From: an uncultured Desulfobacter sp.
GTDB lineage: Bacteria; Desulfobacterota; Desulfobacteria; Desulfobacterales; Desulfobacteraceae
DNA: 64,000 nt
Direction: 5' to 3'
NCBI GenBank assembly: GCA_963665095.1
Contig: OY762069.1
Location: 3,968,001 to 4,032,000, forward strand
Shown here: positions 28,560 through 39,905 of the stretch, in pieces
Position numbering within the stretch: position 1 is the stretch's first letter
How the letters are laid out: each line of letters starts with the position of its first letter
The notes under the pieces: model-generated
Database searches by the model: none
The model's input: the letters and a program-made list of their open reading frames with translations, nothing else
Told to the model about the DNA's origin: nothing
Program-made: the position numbers and the translations under genes

Positions 28560-29807
28560 TTAGGAAATCCCGGCCCGGCTGTCCAGCATGGAGAGAATTA
28601 GAGCCGGATCCGGGTTCACCGGTTCAGGCATCTGCGCGACCCTGAACACCGCATCAATATCCTTCAGTCCGCTGCCGGTGACAATCACTGCCACCTTGGC
28701 ATCTTTTTTCAGCCAGCCGTCCCGGACCAGCTTTTTCACCCCGGCCAGAGCCGCCGCCCCGGACGGCTCGGCAAACACTCCCTGGGTGCGGGCCAGCAGT
28801 GACAGGCTTTCCAGAATTTTTTCATCAGGCACGGTGACAAAGGTGCCTTTTGAGGCTGCGGCAGCATTTAAAGCGGCCCGGCCATCTGCCGGATAGTCGG
28901 CACAGATGGAGTCTGCAATGCTGTCAGCCTTAACCCGGACAATTTCACCATTGCCGTGAAAAGCCCGGGCAATGGCATTGCTTTTCTCCGACTGCACCCC
29001 GATGATTTTGGGTATTTTTGAAATCAGACCGACCCGGTGCAGATCCAAAAAACCCTTGTACACCCCGGAAATGATATTGCCGTCCCCTGCGGATACGGCC
29101 ACAGCGTCGGGAAGCGTGTGGCCCAGCTGTTCCCAGATTTCATAAGAGACTGTTTTTTTCCCCTCCCGGGTAAAGGGATTGGTGCCGGTATTCCGGTTGA
29201 ACCACCCCATTTTTTCACACACGGTTTCGCACAGCTCAAAGGCCTGGGTATAGGACCCCTTCACCGGAATTACCCGGGCACCGTAGACCACCAGCTGGGC
29301 AATCTTTGCCCTGGGTGCGGTGTGGGGCACAAAGATAATAGCCCGGATACCGGCAGATGCTGCCAGGCAGGCCATGGAGGTGCCGGCATTTCCTGTGGAG
29401 GCCCCTGCCACCACCTGAAGATTCTCTTCCCGGCATCTTGCAAGCACCATCATGCTTGCCCGGTCCTTAAATGACCCGGAGGGATTGAGGGTGTCGTTTT
29501 TAAGCCACAGATCCGGCAGTCCGATGGTAGCGCCCAGCCGGTCCGCCTTGATCAGCGGGGTCATGCCAATGGGAAAAGAGCAGGGATTTTTATCCAGACT
29601 ATTGGGGAAAAACGGCGCATAGCGCCAAATACCTGTTTCAAAAGTTTCCGCAAGAGGGTTCTCTGCCAGGCAGGCGGCCATGGCAGAATAGTCATAACAG
29701 GCATCCAGGTTTCCCCGGCACCGGGGACATATACACTGTCCTTCATTCCTGCCCACAAGGGTTCCGCAGGAGACACAGGAAAACCCCGTTAAAAAATTTT
29801 CAGCCAT
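28560..29807 (-). CDS. threonine synthase-like PLP fold-type II enzyme with N-terminal CxxC..CxxC
   Basis: NPSGSFKDR, ASTGNAG, EGKKTVSYE, FAEPSGA, TGSGLKD. Start at 29807 behind an AGAGGA RBS. Confidence 0.88.
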   Translation of the reverse strand: MAENFLTGFSCVSCGTLVGRNEGQCICPRCRGNLDACYDYSAMAACLAENPLAETFETGIWRYAPFFPNSLDKNPCSFPIGMTPLIKADRLGATIGLPDLWLKNDTLNPSGSFKDRASMMVLARCREENLQVVAGASTGNAGTSMACLAASAGIRAIIFVPHTAPRAKIAQLVVYGARVIPVKGSYTQAFELCETVCEKMGWFNRNTGTNPFTREGKKTVSYEIWEQLGHTLPDAVAVSAGDGNIISGVYKGFLDLHRVGLISKIPKIIGVQSEKSNAIARAFHGNGEIVRVKADSIADSICADYPADGRAALNAAAASKGTFVTVPDEKILESLSLLARTQGVFAEPSGAAALAGVKKLVRDGWLKKDAKVAVIVTGSGLKDIDAVFRVAQMPEPVNPDPALILSMLDSRAGIS

Positions 29808-30052
29808 AGGTCCTCTTTTGGGCGGGCGTATCAAGCACGCCACTGGGTTGTATCGTGTCCGTATTCAATAAGCCCATCCGTCCGGCAAGTCAAGTCTGCC
29901 CCTGGATCCCAACACCACGGCGTCATTGTTAAAATATTCAGGCTCTTCAAGCGCCCTCTTCCCCTGATCGCCATCAAAGAACCGGGTGTAATGCGGCAGA
30001 AAGCCACGGGTCCGGCATAAAACAGACAAGGATGATGACAGGAAAAAAGCGC

Positions 30053-30081
30053 TTGACAGATTTCATCTTCGTCCTTATTAT
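30053..30081 (+). promoter_or_regulatory. sigma70 promoter for the tetR-RND operon
   Basis: TTGACA(30053-30058)-N17-TATTAT(30076-30081). Confidence 0.65.
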
Positions 30082-30095
30082 ACTCGAAAGTCATT

Positions 30096-30138
30096 TTTCT
30101 GACTGTCTGGTCATTTTTTTGTTCATGACAGTCAGAAA
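30096..30138. promoter_or_regulatory. probable TetR operator (inverted repeats)
   Basis: TTTCTGACTGTC(30096-30107) ... GACAGTCAGAAA(30127-30138), with nested TGAC-N6-GTCA at 30100-30113, just downstream of the -10 box. Confidence 0.55.
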
Positions 30139-30325
30139 TTATTATTTTGGGCCTGCCACCCCGACAAAGGCAGTTCAGACCCCCAATGCATCCATATGAC
30201 GGATACCGCTGGTGTGTATAGCTATGCTGCGAGTTTTTTGCTGCCATGGTGGTGGCCGGTCTGTTGTCATTTTTGTATCGGGTGTTACGGCACTTACAGG
30301 CAAAAGGTATGTAAAAAATTAAAAA

Positions 30326-30928
30326 ATGAAACCGCTTTCCAAAAGAAAAGAGATGATGGACCGCCTGATCAAGGACCAGGTGGTCAAAACTGTCATGAAG
30401 CTGATCCAGGAGGGCCACCCCATCACCATGGATGAGGTGGCCTTACAGTGCGGTGTATCCAAAGGCACCTTATATAACTACTTTAAAAATAAAAAAGATC
30501 TGCTGAATTTTGTACATGAGGCCGTTATCCAGCCGGTAAAAAACGGATCAATCACTATATTTGACACGTCTGTTCCCCCGATGGACAGAATAGTTATATT
30601 TGTGGACAATGTATTCAACTTTCACAAGGAATACCCCCTCTACTTTAAATTTGTCTTAAGTCAGCGATCTGCCCTTGATGCCGTTACGGAACGGATGTCC
30701 TTAACCATCATGCCCCTGGTTGATCTTTACAAGGAGGGTATTCGCGCAGGGCAGTTTGTGGATACAGACCCTTACGTGATGGCGGCCATGATCTTTGGTA
30801 CTGTGGTGGGTCCTCTGGAATCCTGGGATTTTCGCGACACACCGGTAAAAAACATTGAAACACTTAAACAGGATATTATTGCCTGTTTGAACAGAAGTAT
30901 ATTAAAGCAACAGGAGAAACCATTATGA
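30326..30928 (+). CDS. TetR/AcrR family regulator of the efflux operon
   Basis: HTH ITMDEVALQCGVSKGTLYNYFKNK; overlaps the MFP gene start. Confidence 0.93.
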   Translation: MKPLSKRKEMMDRLIKDQVVKTVMKLIQEGHPITMDEVALQCGVSKGTLYNYFKNKKDLLNFVHEAVIQPVKNGSITIFDTSVPPMDRIVIFVDNVFNFHKEYPLYFKFVLSQRSALDAVTERMSLTIMPLVDLYKEGIRAGQFVDTDPYVMAAMIFGTVVGPLESWDFRDTPVKNIETLKQDIIACLNRSILKQQEKPL

Positions 30929-32112
30929 AGCGTTTTATGCTTGGATTTGTCACGGCCGTACTCATCGGCGGTGGTTACTTGTTTTACACAGACCAGCTTA
31001 AGCTGCCCTTTGCAGCAGACAAGCAAGAGGGTCCCCCAGCTGCTGCTGCACAAGCCCATGCACAAGCGAACCTGCCTCCGGTGGAGGTGACAGTTTATAC
31101 GGTAAAGCCCCAGCAGGTTGTATTTACCAAGGACCTTGCCGGGCGGACCACCGCTTATCAGGTGGCTGAAATCCGGCCCCAGGTCACAGGCATTATTCTA
31201 AAACGGATGTTTACCCAGGGCAGTGTGGTCAAAAAAGGCCAGCAGCTCTACCAGATTGACCCCTCCACCTACCAGGCGGCCTATGATTCCGCTGCAGCCA
31301 ACCTGGCCAAGGCCCAGGCAGATGTTAAAGCGGTTGAACCCAAACTTGAACGTTATTCCCGTCTGGTGAAGGTGGGCGGTGTTAGCCGTCAGACCTACGA
31401 TGATACTGTGGCCTCCCTGGCCCAGGCCAAGGCGTTGGAGGGTGTGGCCCGGGCCAATCTTTCTGCTGCAAAAATCAACCTGGATTACACCAAGGTGTTC
31501 TCGCCTATTTCCGGCCGGATCGGTAAATCCTCTGTGACTGAAGGTGCCCTTGTGACGGCCAACCAGATGACAGCCCTGGCGGTTGTCCAGAATCTGGAGC
31601 AGATTTATGTGGATGTCAACCAGTCCAGTGAAGAGCTCATGGCATTGAAAAAAGGGATGACAAACCGTGAAAAAGACTCCATGGTCCGCCTGTTTGTGGG
31701 CAAAGAGGGGCTTCCCTATGACCATGAAGGCAAGCTGCTCTTCTCCGATGCCAGTGTGGATCAAAGTACAGGCATGGTCCAGTTGCGGATTTTATTTCCC
31801 AACCCTGATACGGATTTGCTGCCAGGCCTTTTTGTCCGGGCCCGGGTGGAACAGTCCCGTCAGGACCAGGCCATTGTGATCCCTCAGCAGTGTGTAACCC
31901 GTAATGCTGACACCTCAACCTCCGTGTGGGTGGTGGACAGTGCCAATACCGTCATGCCCCGGAAGGTGACTGTTCTTCGGGCAGTCAAAGACCAGTGGGT
32001 AGTCTCTTCAGGTCTTGCCTCCGGTGACCGCGTGGTGGTGGAAGGGCTGCAGAAAATACATGCCCAGGCAAAGGTCAATCCCGTGGAATTAAACGCATCC
32101 ACTAACTCCTGA
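30925..32112 (+). CDS. acrA: RND efflux periplasmic adaptor (AcrA/MexA family)
   Basis: AEIRPQVTGII, GQQLYQIDP, SPISGRIGKS, VDQSTG, LLPGLFVRA; N-terminal TM anchor rather than a lipobox. Confidence 0.92.
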   Translation: MKRFMLGFVTAVLIGGGYLFYTDQLKLPFAADKQEGPPAAAAQAHAQANLPPVEVTVYTVKPQQVVFTKDLAGRTTAYQVAEIRPQVTGIILKRMFTQGSVVKKGQQLYQIDPSTYQAAYDSAAANLAKAQADVKAVEPKLERYSRLVKVGGVSRQTYDDTVASLAQAKALEGVARANLSAAKINLDYTKVFSPISGRIGKSSVTEGALVTANQMTALAVVQNLEQIYVDVNQSSEELMALKKGMTNREKDSMVRLFVGKEGLPYDHEGKLLFSDASVDQSTGMVQLRILFPNPDTDLLPGLFVRARVEQSRQDQAIVIPQQCVTRNADTSTSVWVVDSANTVMPRKVTVLRAVKDQWVVSSGLASGDRVVVEGLQKIHAQAKVNPVELNASTNS

Positions 32113-32143
32113 TTTCAGGATCAAATGACAGCAGGATAAAACT

Positions 32144-35100
32144 ATGTCTCGTTTTTTTATAAACCGGCCCATATTTGCATGGGTTATCGCCATTGTCATT
32201 ATGCTGGCCGGGGTTTTTGCCGTTCTCACCCTTCCGGTGGAGCAGTACCCAAGAATTGCGCCACCCAGCATTGAAATTTCAACCTCCTACCCGGGGGCGT
32301 CGGCACAGGTGCTGGAGGACAGCGTTACCCAGGTAATTGAGCAGTCCCTCACCGGTATTGACCACTTAAGGTATTTTTCATCTGCCAGTGAATCCTCGGG
32401 CCGGCTTACCATTACACTGACCTTTGAACCGGAAGCAGACCCGGATATTGCCCAGGTCCAGGTGCAGAACAAGGTATCCAAAATTGAGAGCCTTCTGCCC
32501 CAGGAGGTCCAGCAGCAGGGTATCACGGTTCAGAAAACCACCCAGGGCTTTTTGCTTCTGGCAGGTCTTTACTCCGAAGACAGCAGCATGACCGATTCAG
32601 ATATCTCCGACTACTTGAAATCCAACATGGCCGACCCCATCTCCCGGGTCCAGGGCGTGGGCGATCTTACGGTTTTCGGTGGCCAGCATGCCATGAGGAT
32701 CTGGCTGAATCCTGAAAAGCTCAATGCATTCAGTCTGATGCCGTCGGATGTTATTGCCGCCATCAGGGCCCGGAACGCTGATGTCTCCACCGGCCAGCTC
32801 GGCGGCGCCCCGTCTGTTGAAGGTCAGCAGCTCAATGCGGTTATTACTGCCCAGTCCAAACTGCAGACAGTCAAAGATTTTGAAGGGATCCTGATCAAGG
32901 TGAATCCGGACGGTTCTCATATACGGGTCAAGGATGTGGCCCGGGTGGAACTGGGATCTGAAACCTATGGATTTTCCACCCATTACAACGGAATGCCGGC
33001 CTGTGCCATGGCCGTCAGTCTGGCCTCCGGGGCCAACGCCCTGGATACAGCCGCACGGGTCAAGGCCAAGGTGAATGAACTGTCGGCATTCCTTCCTTCA
33101 GGACTCAAGGTGGTATATCCTTATGACACCACCCCATTTGTCCGTCTCTCTATTAAAGAGGTAATCAAAACCCTGATTGAGGCCATTATTCTGGTCTTTT
33201 TCGTCATGTACCTCTTTTTACAGAATTTCAGGGCCACGCTGGTTCCCACCATTGCGGTACCGGTTGTTTTGCTGGGTACCTTCGGGGTATTGTCGGCCTT
33301 CGGGTTCAGTATTAATACCTTATCCATGTTTGCCATGGTGCTTGCCATCGGCCTTCTGGTGGATGACGCCATTGTTGTGGTGGAGAATGTGGAAAGGGTG
33401 ATGTCGGAAACCGGCAAGTCCCCCATGGATGCCACCCGCCAGTCCATGGATCAGATTACAGGGGCACTTGTGGGCATTGCCATGGTGCTTTCTGCCGTAT
33501 TCATTCCCATGGCGTTTTTCTCCGGTTCCACCGGTGCCATTTACCGGCAGTTCTCCCTGACCCTGGTATCTGCCATGGGCCTTTCCGTGCTGGTGGCCCT
33601 GATCCTGACTCCGGCCCTTTGCGCCACCATGCTCAAGCCTGTACCCAAGGGACATCGTGAGGGGAGGAAGGGATTTTTCGGCTGGTTCAATAAAGGATTT
33701 GATTTAAGCAAGGCTGCTTACAAGTCCAGCGTCAGATATGCAGCCACCCGGGCTTTACGGTTCCTTGTTGTGTACGTCCTGATTATTTTTGGACTGATCT
33801 ATATATTCAAAGGCATTCCCACAGGGTTTCTGCCCGACGAAGATCAGGGCATGATGCTGACCATGGTGGCGGCCCCTCCCGGCGCAACCATGGAACGTAC
33901 CCGCAAATCTGTGGAAAAAGTGGAAAATTATTTTTTAAAACAGGAAGAAGAAAACGTAAGAAGTCTGTTCACCGTTGTGGGGTTCAGCTTTGCCGGCCAG
34001 GGACAGAACATGGCCATGGGGTTTCTCAACCTCAAAGACTGGGAAAAGCGGCACAGGCCTGACCAGAAGGCCCAGGCCATTGCCGGCAGGGCCATGGGGC
34101 GTCTTTACAGTGTCAAGGATGCTTCGGTTTATGCGTTTATTCCACCGGCCATTATTGAACTGGGTACGGCATCCGGGTTTGACTTCATGCTGGTGGACCG
34201 TGCAGGCCTCGGGCATACCGCCCTGATGAACGCCAGAAACCAGATGCTGGGCATGGCAGCCCAGAACCCCAAGCTTGTGGGGGTCCGGCCCAACGGCCTG
34301 TCAGACCTTCCCCAGTATAAACTGAACATTGACTATGAAAAGGCCGAAGCGCTGGGCGTTACCACCGGAAACATCACAAGTGTGCTTCAGACAGCCTGGG
34401 GCTCTTCCTACGTCAATGACTTCATGGATAATACCCGGCTGAAAAAGGTATACATGCAGGGCGATGCGGAATCCCGCATGCTGCCCGAAGATGTCAACCG
34501 CTGGTATGTCAGAAACAACCGGGGCAAAATGGTGCCGTTCTCCTCTTTCACCTATGGCGAGTGGTCCTATGGCTCTCCCAAACTGGAACGGTACAACGGG
34601 GCGTCATCCGTGGAAATTTTAGGGGCCCCGGCTCCGGGTGTCAGTTCCGGAGAAGCCATGGCGATCCTTGAAAATCTGGCAAAAAATCTGCCCCAGGGGA
34701 TCTCCCTGGAATGGACGGGACTCTCCTATGAAGAGCGCATGGCGGGCTCCCAGAGCGGTACGCTGTACGCAGTCTCTCTATTGTTTGTTTTCCTCTGCCT
34801 GGCTGCTCTGTACGAAAGCTGGTCCATTCCGTTTTCCGTCATGCTGGTGGTACCCCTGGGCATTATCGGATCCGTGGCAGCCACAAAGTGGGCCGGTTTA
34901 AGCAACGACGTTTACTTCCAGATCGCACTGCTCACCACAGTGGGGCTGGCCGCCAAAAACGCCATCCTCATTGTAGAGTTTGCAAAAAGTCTTTATGAAG
35001 GCGGTGTGGAACTGGTGCAGTCTGCGGTTATGGCGGCTGAAATGCGGCTGCGGCCTATTTTGATGACATCCTTTGCCTTTATTCTGGGCGTGACGCCGCT

Positions 35101-35284
35101 GGCCATATCTGACGGAGCCGGGTCCGCCTCCCAGAATGCCATCGGCATCGGGGTTATCGGCGGCATGATTGCTGCCACCACCCTGGCAATTATTTTTATC
35201 CCCCTGTTTTTTGTACTCATTGAAAGGGGCAGTGAAAAGAAAAAAACGGCCGAACCGGCCAAGGAGATTGATCATGCCCAATAA
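32144..35284 (+). CDS. acrB: HAE1 RND efflux transporter (AcrB/MexB family)
   Basis: [17 protein letters not shown]; proton relay [13 protein letters not shown] and [25 protein letters not shown]. Confidence 0.95.
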   Translation: MSRFFINRPIFAWVIAIVIMLAGVFAVLTLPVEQYPRIAPPSIEISTSYPGASAQVLEDSVTQVIEQSLTGIDHLRYFSSASESSGRLTITLTFEPEADPDIAQVQVQNKVSKIESLLPQEVQQQGITVQKTTQGFLLLAGLYSEDSSMTDSDISDYLKSNMADPISRVQGVGDLTVFGGQHAMRIWLNPEKLNAFSLMPSDVIAAIRARNADVSTGQLGGAPSVEGQQLNAVITAQSKLQTVKDFEGILIKVNPDGSHIRVKDVARVELGSETYGFSTHYNGMPACAMAVSLASGANALDTAARVKAKVNELSAFLPSGLKVVYPYDTTPFVRLSIKEVIKTLIEAIILVFFVMYLFLQNFRATLVPTIAVPVVLLGTFGVLSAFGFSINTLSMFAMVLAIGLLVDDAIVVVENVERVMSETGKSPMDATRQSMDQITGALVGIAMVLSAVFIPMAFFSGSTGAIYRQFSLTLVSAMGLSVLVALILTPALCATMLKPVPKGHREGRKGFFGWFNKGFDLSKAAYKSSVRYAATRALRFLVVYVLIIFGLIYIFKGIPTGFLPDEDQGMMLTMVAAPPGATMERTRKSVEKVENYFLKQEEENVRSLFTVVGFSFAGQGQNMAMGFLNLKDWEKRHRPDQKAQAIAGRAMGRLYSVKDASVYAFIPPAIIELGTASGFDFMLVDRAGLGHTALMNARNQMLGMAAQNPKLVGVRPNGLSDLPQYKLNIDYEKAEALGVTTGNITSVLQTAWGSSYVNDFMDNTRLKKVYMQGDAESRMLPEDVNRWYVRNNRGKMVPFSSFTYGEWSYGSPKLERYNGASSVEILGAPAPGVSSGEAMAILENLAKNLPQGISLEWTGLSYEERMAGSQSGTLYAVSLLFVFLCLAALYESWSIPFSVMLVVPLGIIGSVAATKWAGLSNDVYFQIALLTTVGLAAKNAILIVEFAKSLYEGGVELVQSAVMAAEMRLRPILMTSFAFILGVTPLAISDGAGSASQNAIGIGVIGGMIAATTLAIIFIPLFFVLIERGSEKKKTAEPAKEIDHAQ

Positions 35285-36734
35285 AATTGTTACGGCAGCC
35301 ATTGCCTGTACACTGCTTGTGATTTCCGGCTGTTCCTTTATTCCTGAATACCAGCAGCCGGAACTGCCGGTTGAGGATGTTTGGCCGGCCACCGGTGCAG
35401 AACAGACCTCACAACCGGGAGCCAGCGCCGCTGATATTGCCTGGCAGGACTACTTTCCCTCAGATACCCTGCGCCAGATCATTGACCTGGCCCTGGAAAA
35501 CAACCGGGATCTCAGGGTGGCCCTGCTTAATATTGATCGTGCCAAGGCTGCCTACCAGATCCAGGAAGCGGCCGGCCTGCCCGTGGTGGCAGGGACCGCC
35601 GGTGTCAACAAGCAACGGGTGGCGGAAGATAACAGTATGACCGGCAAGACCTACACCTCGGATCCTATTATGTCAGTGGGGTTGGGGATCACCGCCTATG
35701 AATTTGATTTCTTCGGCAAGGTCAAAAGCCTGAAACAGTCTGCACTTGAAACCTTCCTGGCCACCAGGGAGGCAGCACAAAGCGCCCGGATCGCCCTTGT
35801 GGCCCAGACCGCAGACGCCTATGTGAATCTTCTGGCCCAGAAAAAGCTGCTTGGCCTTGCCGAAGAGACCTTCGATGCCCAGAAAGCCACCTATGATGTA
35901 ATTAAAAGCCAGTATGAGGCCGGGTCCACCAACCAGTTGTCCGTGGCCCAGGCCGCCAGTTCCACCCAGACGGCCAAGGTCTCCATTGCCCGGTATAAAC
36001 GGCTTGTGGCCCAGGCGGAAAACGCCCTGGTCTATCTGGCAGGTCCCAGGGTGTATGGGCTGATCAATGCACAGGAAAGCATTGATGACATTGCATTTCT
36101 TTCAGATCTGCCTGCAGACCTTCCGTCTGAAATTCTTTTGGCAAGACCGGATATCCAGGCGGCTGAACATCAGTTAAAGGCGGCCAATGCAAATATCGGG
36201 GCTGCCAGGGCCGCGCTGTATCCAAGCATCTCACTTACCGGCTCCATGGGGTTTGCCGCCAGTGATCTGTCCTACCTTTTCGACCCCTCACGCAGCTTTG
36301 CCTGGGTTTTTTCCCCCAATGTCTCCATTCCAGTGTTTAATCGGAAAGGGCTGAATGCCAGCCTGGATGTTGCCACCATTGAGGAAAAAATCGCAGCGGC
36401 CCAATATGAAGGGGTGATCCAGACAGCATTCCGGGAAGTAGCCGATCAGTTGACAGCCCGTAAAAACTACAGGGACCAGCTGGAAGCTCAGAATGAGCTG
36501 GTGGCAGCCAACCGGGAATCCTATGATCTGTCCAAGGCCAGGTATGACAACGGAATCGATGACTTCCTGGCAGTTCTGGATTCCCAGCGCGCCCTTTTCA
36601 GTGCGGAGCAGGATGCCATTCTCTTAAAGCAGTCCTGCCTGAGCAACCTGATCAATCTTTACAAGGTCATGGGCGGCGGCCGGATGATGGAAGATGGTAC
36701 CAGTGAAGTAACCAATGTCTCTGGGGAAAACTGA
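35274..36734 (+). CDS. oprM: OprM/NodT-family outer membrane efflux lipoprotein
   Basis: Lipobox [34 protein letters not shown]; start at 35274 behind AAGGAG. Confidence 0.9.
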   Translation: MPNKIVTAAIACTLLVISGCSFIPEYQQPELPVEDVWPATGAEQTSQPGASAADIAWQDYFPSDTLRQIIDLALENNRDLRVALLNIDRAKAAYQIQEAAGLPVVAGTAGVNKQRVAEDNSMTGKTYTSDPIMSVGLGITAYEFDFFGKVKSLKQSALETFLATREAAQSARIALVAQTADAYVNLLAQKKLLGLAEETFDAQKATYDVIKSQYEAGSTNQLSVAQAASSTQTAKVSIARYKRLVAQAENALVYLAGPRVYGLINAQESIDDIAFLSDLPADLPSEILLARPDIQAAEHQLKAANANIGAARAALYPSISLTGSMGFAASDLSYLFDPSRSFAWVFSPNVSIPVFNRKGLNASLDVATIEEKIAAAQYEGVIQTAFREVADQLTARKNYRDQLEAQNELVAANRESYDLSKARYDNGIDDFLAVLDSQRALFSAEQDAILLKQSCLSNLINLYKVMGGGRMMEDGTSEVTNVSGEN

Positions 36735-36858
36735 ATTTGAACGTAAAGGCACCCACCTGCGGCGTTGCTGCACAAAGCTGCAATCCTCACGTACTGAACG
36801 CTTGCGGTTGCAGCTTTGCTTGCGCGCCTTGCATCTGGGCAACTTTACATCCAAATTC
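36733..36858. repeat. ~125-nt palindromic interspersed repeat (MITE/REP-like), copy 1
   Basis: Terminal arms AATTTGAACGTAAAG / CTTTACATCCAAATT and inner arms CAAAGCTGCAATC / GGTTGCAGCTTTG; near-identical core at 43946-44071. Confidence 0.85.
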
Positions 36859-36917
36859 CGGGCCATTCACTGTTTCAGGTCTTATTGAAGGAGAGAGCGC
36901 GGTTCCCCTTGCTTTTT

Positions 36918-39905
36918 TTAAACCTGGTACTCCTCCTGTTCAATGTACTGAATGCTTTCAAGCTTGCCTTCGTCCATGAGCTTTAAGAAGCAGTCCACAA
37001 CCTCTCCATCCAGCTGGGTGCCCTTGCACCGAATCAATTCCTGTCTGATCCTTTCCTGGTCCATACCTTTTCTGTAGACCCTTGTGGATGCCATGGCATC
37101 AAAGGTATCGGCCACGGAGAGAATTCTGGCACAAAAAGGGATTTCCTCTGCTGTTAATCCGGATGGATACCCTTTTCCATCCGGGCGCTCATGGTGGTAC
37201 TTGGCACCAATGGCCAGATCCGGGAACATGCTGATATTGGACATGATCTCATGGCCCATGGAGGTGTGCTTTTTGATCTGGGCAAACTCATTATCATCCA
37301 GGCGGCTGTTTTTTCCCAGGATCTGATCCGGGACAGCCACCTTGCCGATGTCATGCAGCAGGGCAATGTTGTAAAAATTTTCGGTCTCTTCCTTTGAACA
37401 GCCCATGGACTCTGCAATCAATCTGGTATACATGGCCACCCGCACAGAATGGCCGATGGTATAGTGGTCCTTGCAGTCGATGGCTTTGGAAAAGGCCGAG
37501 ATAACCTGCTGGATCAACAGTTTGGTCCTGGCATGCTTCTGTTCAAGCATCCGGGTCTTGATTCTGGCCCAGGCAATGGCTGAGCAAAGAATCACTGCAA
37601 TCAGAATCACAGACACAAGTGCATAAAAACCACGGGTCTCTACAAACTTTTTTTGTTTTACGATGTCCAGGCTGATTTTATTATTGATATCCCCGGTCTC
37701 CTGCTCACGGACAATAAAATTAAAATTGTAGTCGTCTCCCGGCAGGTTTGTGTAAGTTACCGGGGCCAGATTTTTCCGGGTAGACGCAGTGGTGGCGTCA
37801 TCAAATCCATGCAGCTTGTATTCAACCACCTGATCTTTCAGGCCATAGGAAAGCGCATAGCAGTTAATGGTCAGTTTCCGGCAATCTTCGGGAATTTCAA
37901 CTCTGGAGTTGTTCCCCAGATACTTCAGGTTCCCGTTTATCTCAATATAGGGGATGGCCAGCTTGACTTTTGTGGAATTTTCATCGTTATCCGCATGCAG
38001 GTTAAAGCTGAAAACACCACTGATGCCAGCCGCATAAAGTGTTCCATCGGTTTCAAGCCAGCTTCTTGAGTTGGGTGTGACATAGGTGGGCATGCCATTG
38101 CCAAGGCCGTAATATTTAAATTTTTCAACCGTGTTATTATAGAGGTCTTCACGCTTGACAACATAAATGCCATTTCCACCCAGCACCCAGATATCATCCC
38201 CTTCTCCAAAAAAAATATCAAAATTGTTATGGTAGGGAAATGAGGTAACCGTATGAATGGTACCCTCGGAAAGATAAGCCAGGGAGTTGCCGGTCAAAAG
38301 CCAGAAAACCGGGAGAACCGGATCCTTTTTTATCCGCATGATGACCCCGGAGGTCAGCCCGTCAGCCTCGGTCAGATTGGTCGCAGTACCGTTATCAAGA
38401 ATAAACAGGCCGCCGCCGTCGCTGCCGGCATATACCACGCCGTTATCATCCCCGTAAACAGAGAGGATGGAGGTGTTGGTGATACCGTCCTTTTTATTGT
38501 ATCCGCCCACGATCATCCCGTCTCTGAGAATGTTGATTCCGCCGTCACCGGAAGCAAGGATGTCTTTATATGAGGTCTCCACAAGTGCCCTGACCCGGTT
38601 GGTGTACAGGCCGTTTTTCTTATTGTAGATCGTGGTTTTCCCTTTGGGGTCACACTTGACCAGACCCATATTACTGAATGTGCAGAACCATAAATTATCA
38701 AAAGAGTCCTTTTTGATGCAGCGGATTCGAATTCCTTTGAACATCTCTGTCAGGGCATTGGTTTTCTGTTGGAACCCGGAATCAATGATATAAAGGCCTG
38801 AATCCGTCCCGAGATAGAGGTCCTCATGGTAATTAACGGTGGTATTGATTACCATTTTGGGCAACTGGGCTTTGCTGCTGATAAAGTTAAACCGGTTTTC
38901 CACAATTTTTAAAAGCCCCTGCCGGGAGGAGACAAACCAGGCATTGCCCTCATAATCCACCATCATGTCTTCAACGGAATTATCCATCTCCAGGCAGGAG
39001 ACCGGGTGGAATTTCTGTCTGTTATCCAGATACCCGATGCCGTCATCCGAGCACAGCCAGACTTCACCGTCCTCAGTGACATGCATTGTATTGATGCTGG
39101 TAAAATTACCTGTGGGAATATAGGAGACCTTATCGGAATCACTTGCAAACTGCATCCGGACAAGATAAGCCTGTCTCATCCCAAGATAAAACGCATCCTT
39201 TGTCCGGGTATCAAAATTCACGGATCTTGGTTTTGAAAAGCCCAGGTGTCCGGCATCCCGGTAGCTTTTAACCGTCAGGTCGGAAATCAGAAAAAAATCA
39301 CCATCACGGGTGATGCCGGCCACATTTCCCTGGCCGTCAGAATCCACATCACGGATATATTTCCCGTCAAGTCGCGGATCTTTTATGGGATGAAGGGTAA
39401 GTGTCCTGTCTATGTAAGCCAGACCGTTTGTGGATGCCGCAATGATATGGCCCTGGCCGTCCCCCACAATTTTTCTTACGGAATTTGACCCCAGTCCTTT
39501 GTCTTTTCCCCAGAACCGGAAAGCGCCGTTTTCATAGAGCGCCACGCCTTTGTCATTGGTGCCGAGCCACAACCGGTTGTCCTGGCCCACCCACATAGTG
39601 GTCACGCTTAATATCTCTTTTTTGCCGACGCGTAAGAATGTTTTACCGTCATATCTGAGCAGGCCGGTATACCCGCCGATCCAGACAAAACCGTCCGGGG
39701 TCTGGACAATGGCTTTGGTACTGGAGATGGGATAGCCGGTGTCACTGTTGTAAATGGTGGCGGAATATCCCATATCCCTGGAGATATTGTGCAGCACGCC
39801 GGCATGAAGATCCTTGCCGGTGACGAATAACATTAGGAAGATAAAAATTCCGGTACTGACTTTTTTAAATAATACCGTGCAAGGCCCCGGAGAAAAACAG
39901 TTCAT
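36918..39905 (-). CDS. membrane receptor: beta-propeller (Reg_prop) + Y_Y_Y sensor fused to cytoplasmic HD-GYP phosphodiesterase
   Basis: Repeated D.DG.LW.GT..GL blades; VEYKLHGFD..VTYTNLPG; single TM; YTIGHSVRV, LLHDIGK, HHERPDGKGYP, ADTFDAMASTRVYR. Confidence 0.9.
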   Translation of the reverse strand: MNCFSPGPCTVLFKKVSTGIFIFLMLFVTGKDLHAGVLHNISRDMGYSATIYNSDTGYPISSTKAIVQTPDGFVWIGGYTGLLRYDGKTFLRVGKKEILSVTTMWVGQDNRLWLGTNDKGVALYENGAFRFWGKDKGLGSNSVRKIVGDGQGHIIAASTNGLAYIDRTLTLHPIKDPRLDGKYIRDVDSDGQGNVAGITRDGDFFLISDLTVKSYRDAGHLGFSKPRSVNFDTRTKDAFYLGMRQAYLVRMQFASDSDKVSYIPTGNFTSINTMHVTEDGEVWLCSDDGIGYLDNRQKFHPVSCLEMDNSVEDMMVDYEGNAWFVSSRQGLLKIVENRFNFISSKAQLPKMVINTTVNYHEDLYLGTDSGLYIIDSGFQQKTNALTEMFKGIRIRCIKKDSFDNLWFCTFSNMGLVKCDPKGKTTIYNKKNGLYTNRVRALVETSYKDILASGDGGINILRDGMIVGGYNKKDGITNTSILSVYGDDNGVVYAGSDGGGLFILDNGTATNLTEADGLTSGVIMRIKKDPVLPVFWLLTGNSLAYLSEGTIHTVTSFPYHNNFDIFFGEGDDIWVLGGNGIYVVKREDLYNNTVEKFKYYGLGNGMPTYVTPNSRSWLETDGTLYAAGISGVFSFNLHADNDENSTKVKLAIPYIEINGNLKYLGNNSRVEIPEDCRKLTINCYALSYGLKDQVVEYKLHGFDDATTASTRKNLAPVTYTNLPGDDYNFNFIVREQETGDINNKISLDIVKQKKFVETRGFYALVSVILIAVILCSAIAWARIKTRMLEQKHARTKLLIQQVISAFSKAIDCKDHYTIGHSVRVAMYTRLIAESMGCSKEETENFYNIALLHDIGKVAVPDQILGKNSRLDDNEFAQIKKHTSMGHEIMSNISMFPDLAIGAKYHHERPDGKGYPSGLTAEEIPFCARILSVADTFDAMASTRVYRKGMDQERIRQELIRCKGTQLDGEVVDCFLKLMDEGKLESIQYIEQEEYQV

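Noticed and set aside
29831..30435. ORFs 29831-30418 (-), 30196-30435 (+) and a 22-aa hydrophobic mini-ORF in the efflux leader
   Set aside because: They overlap promoter, operator or tetR, with no RBS or motif support.
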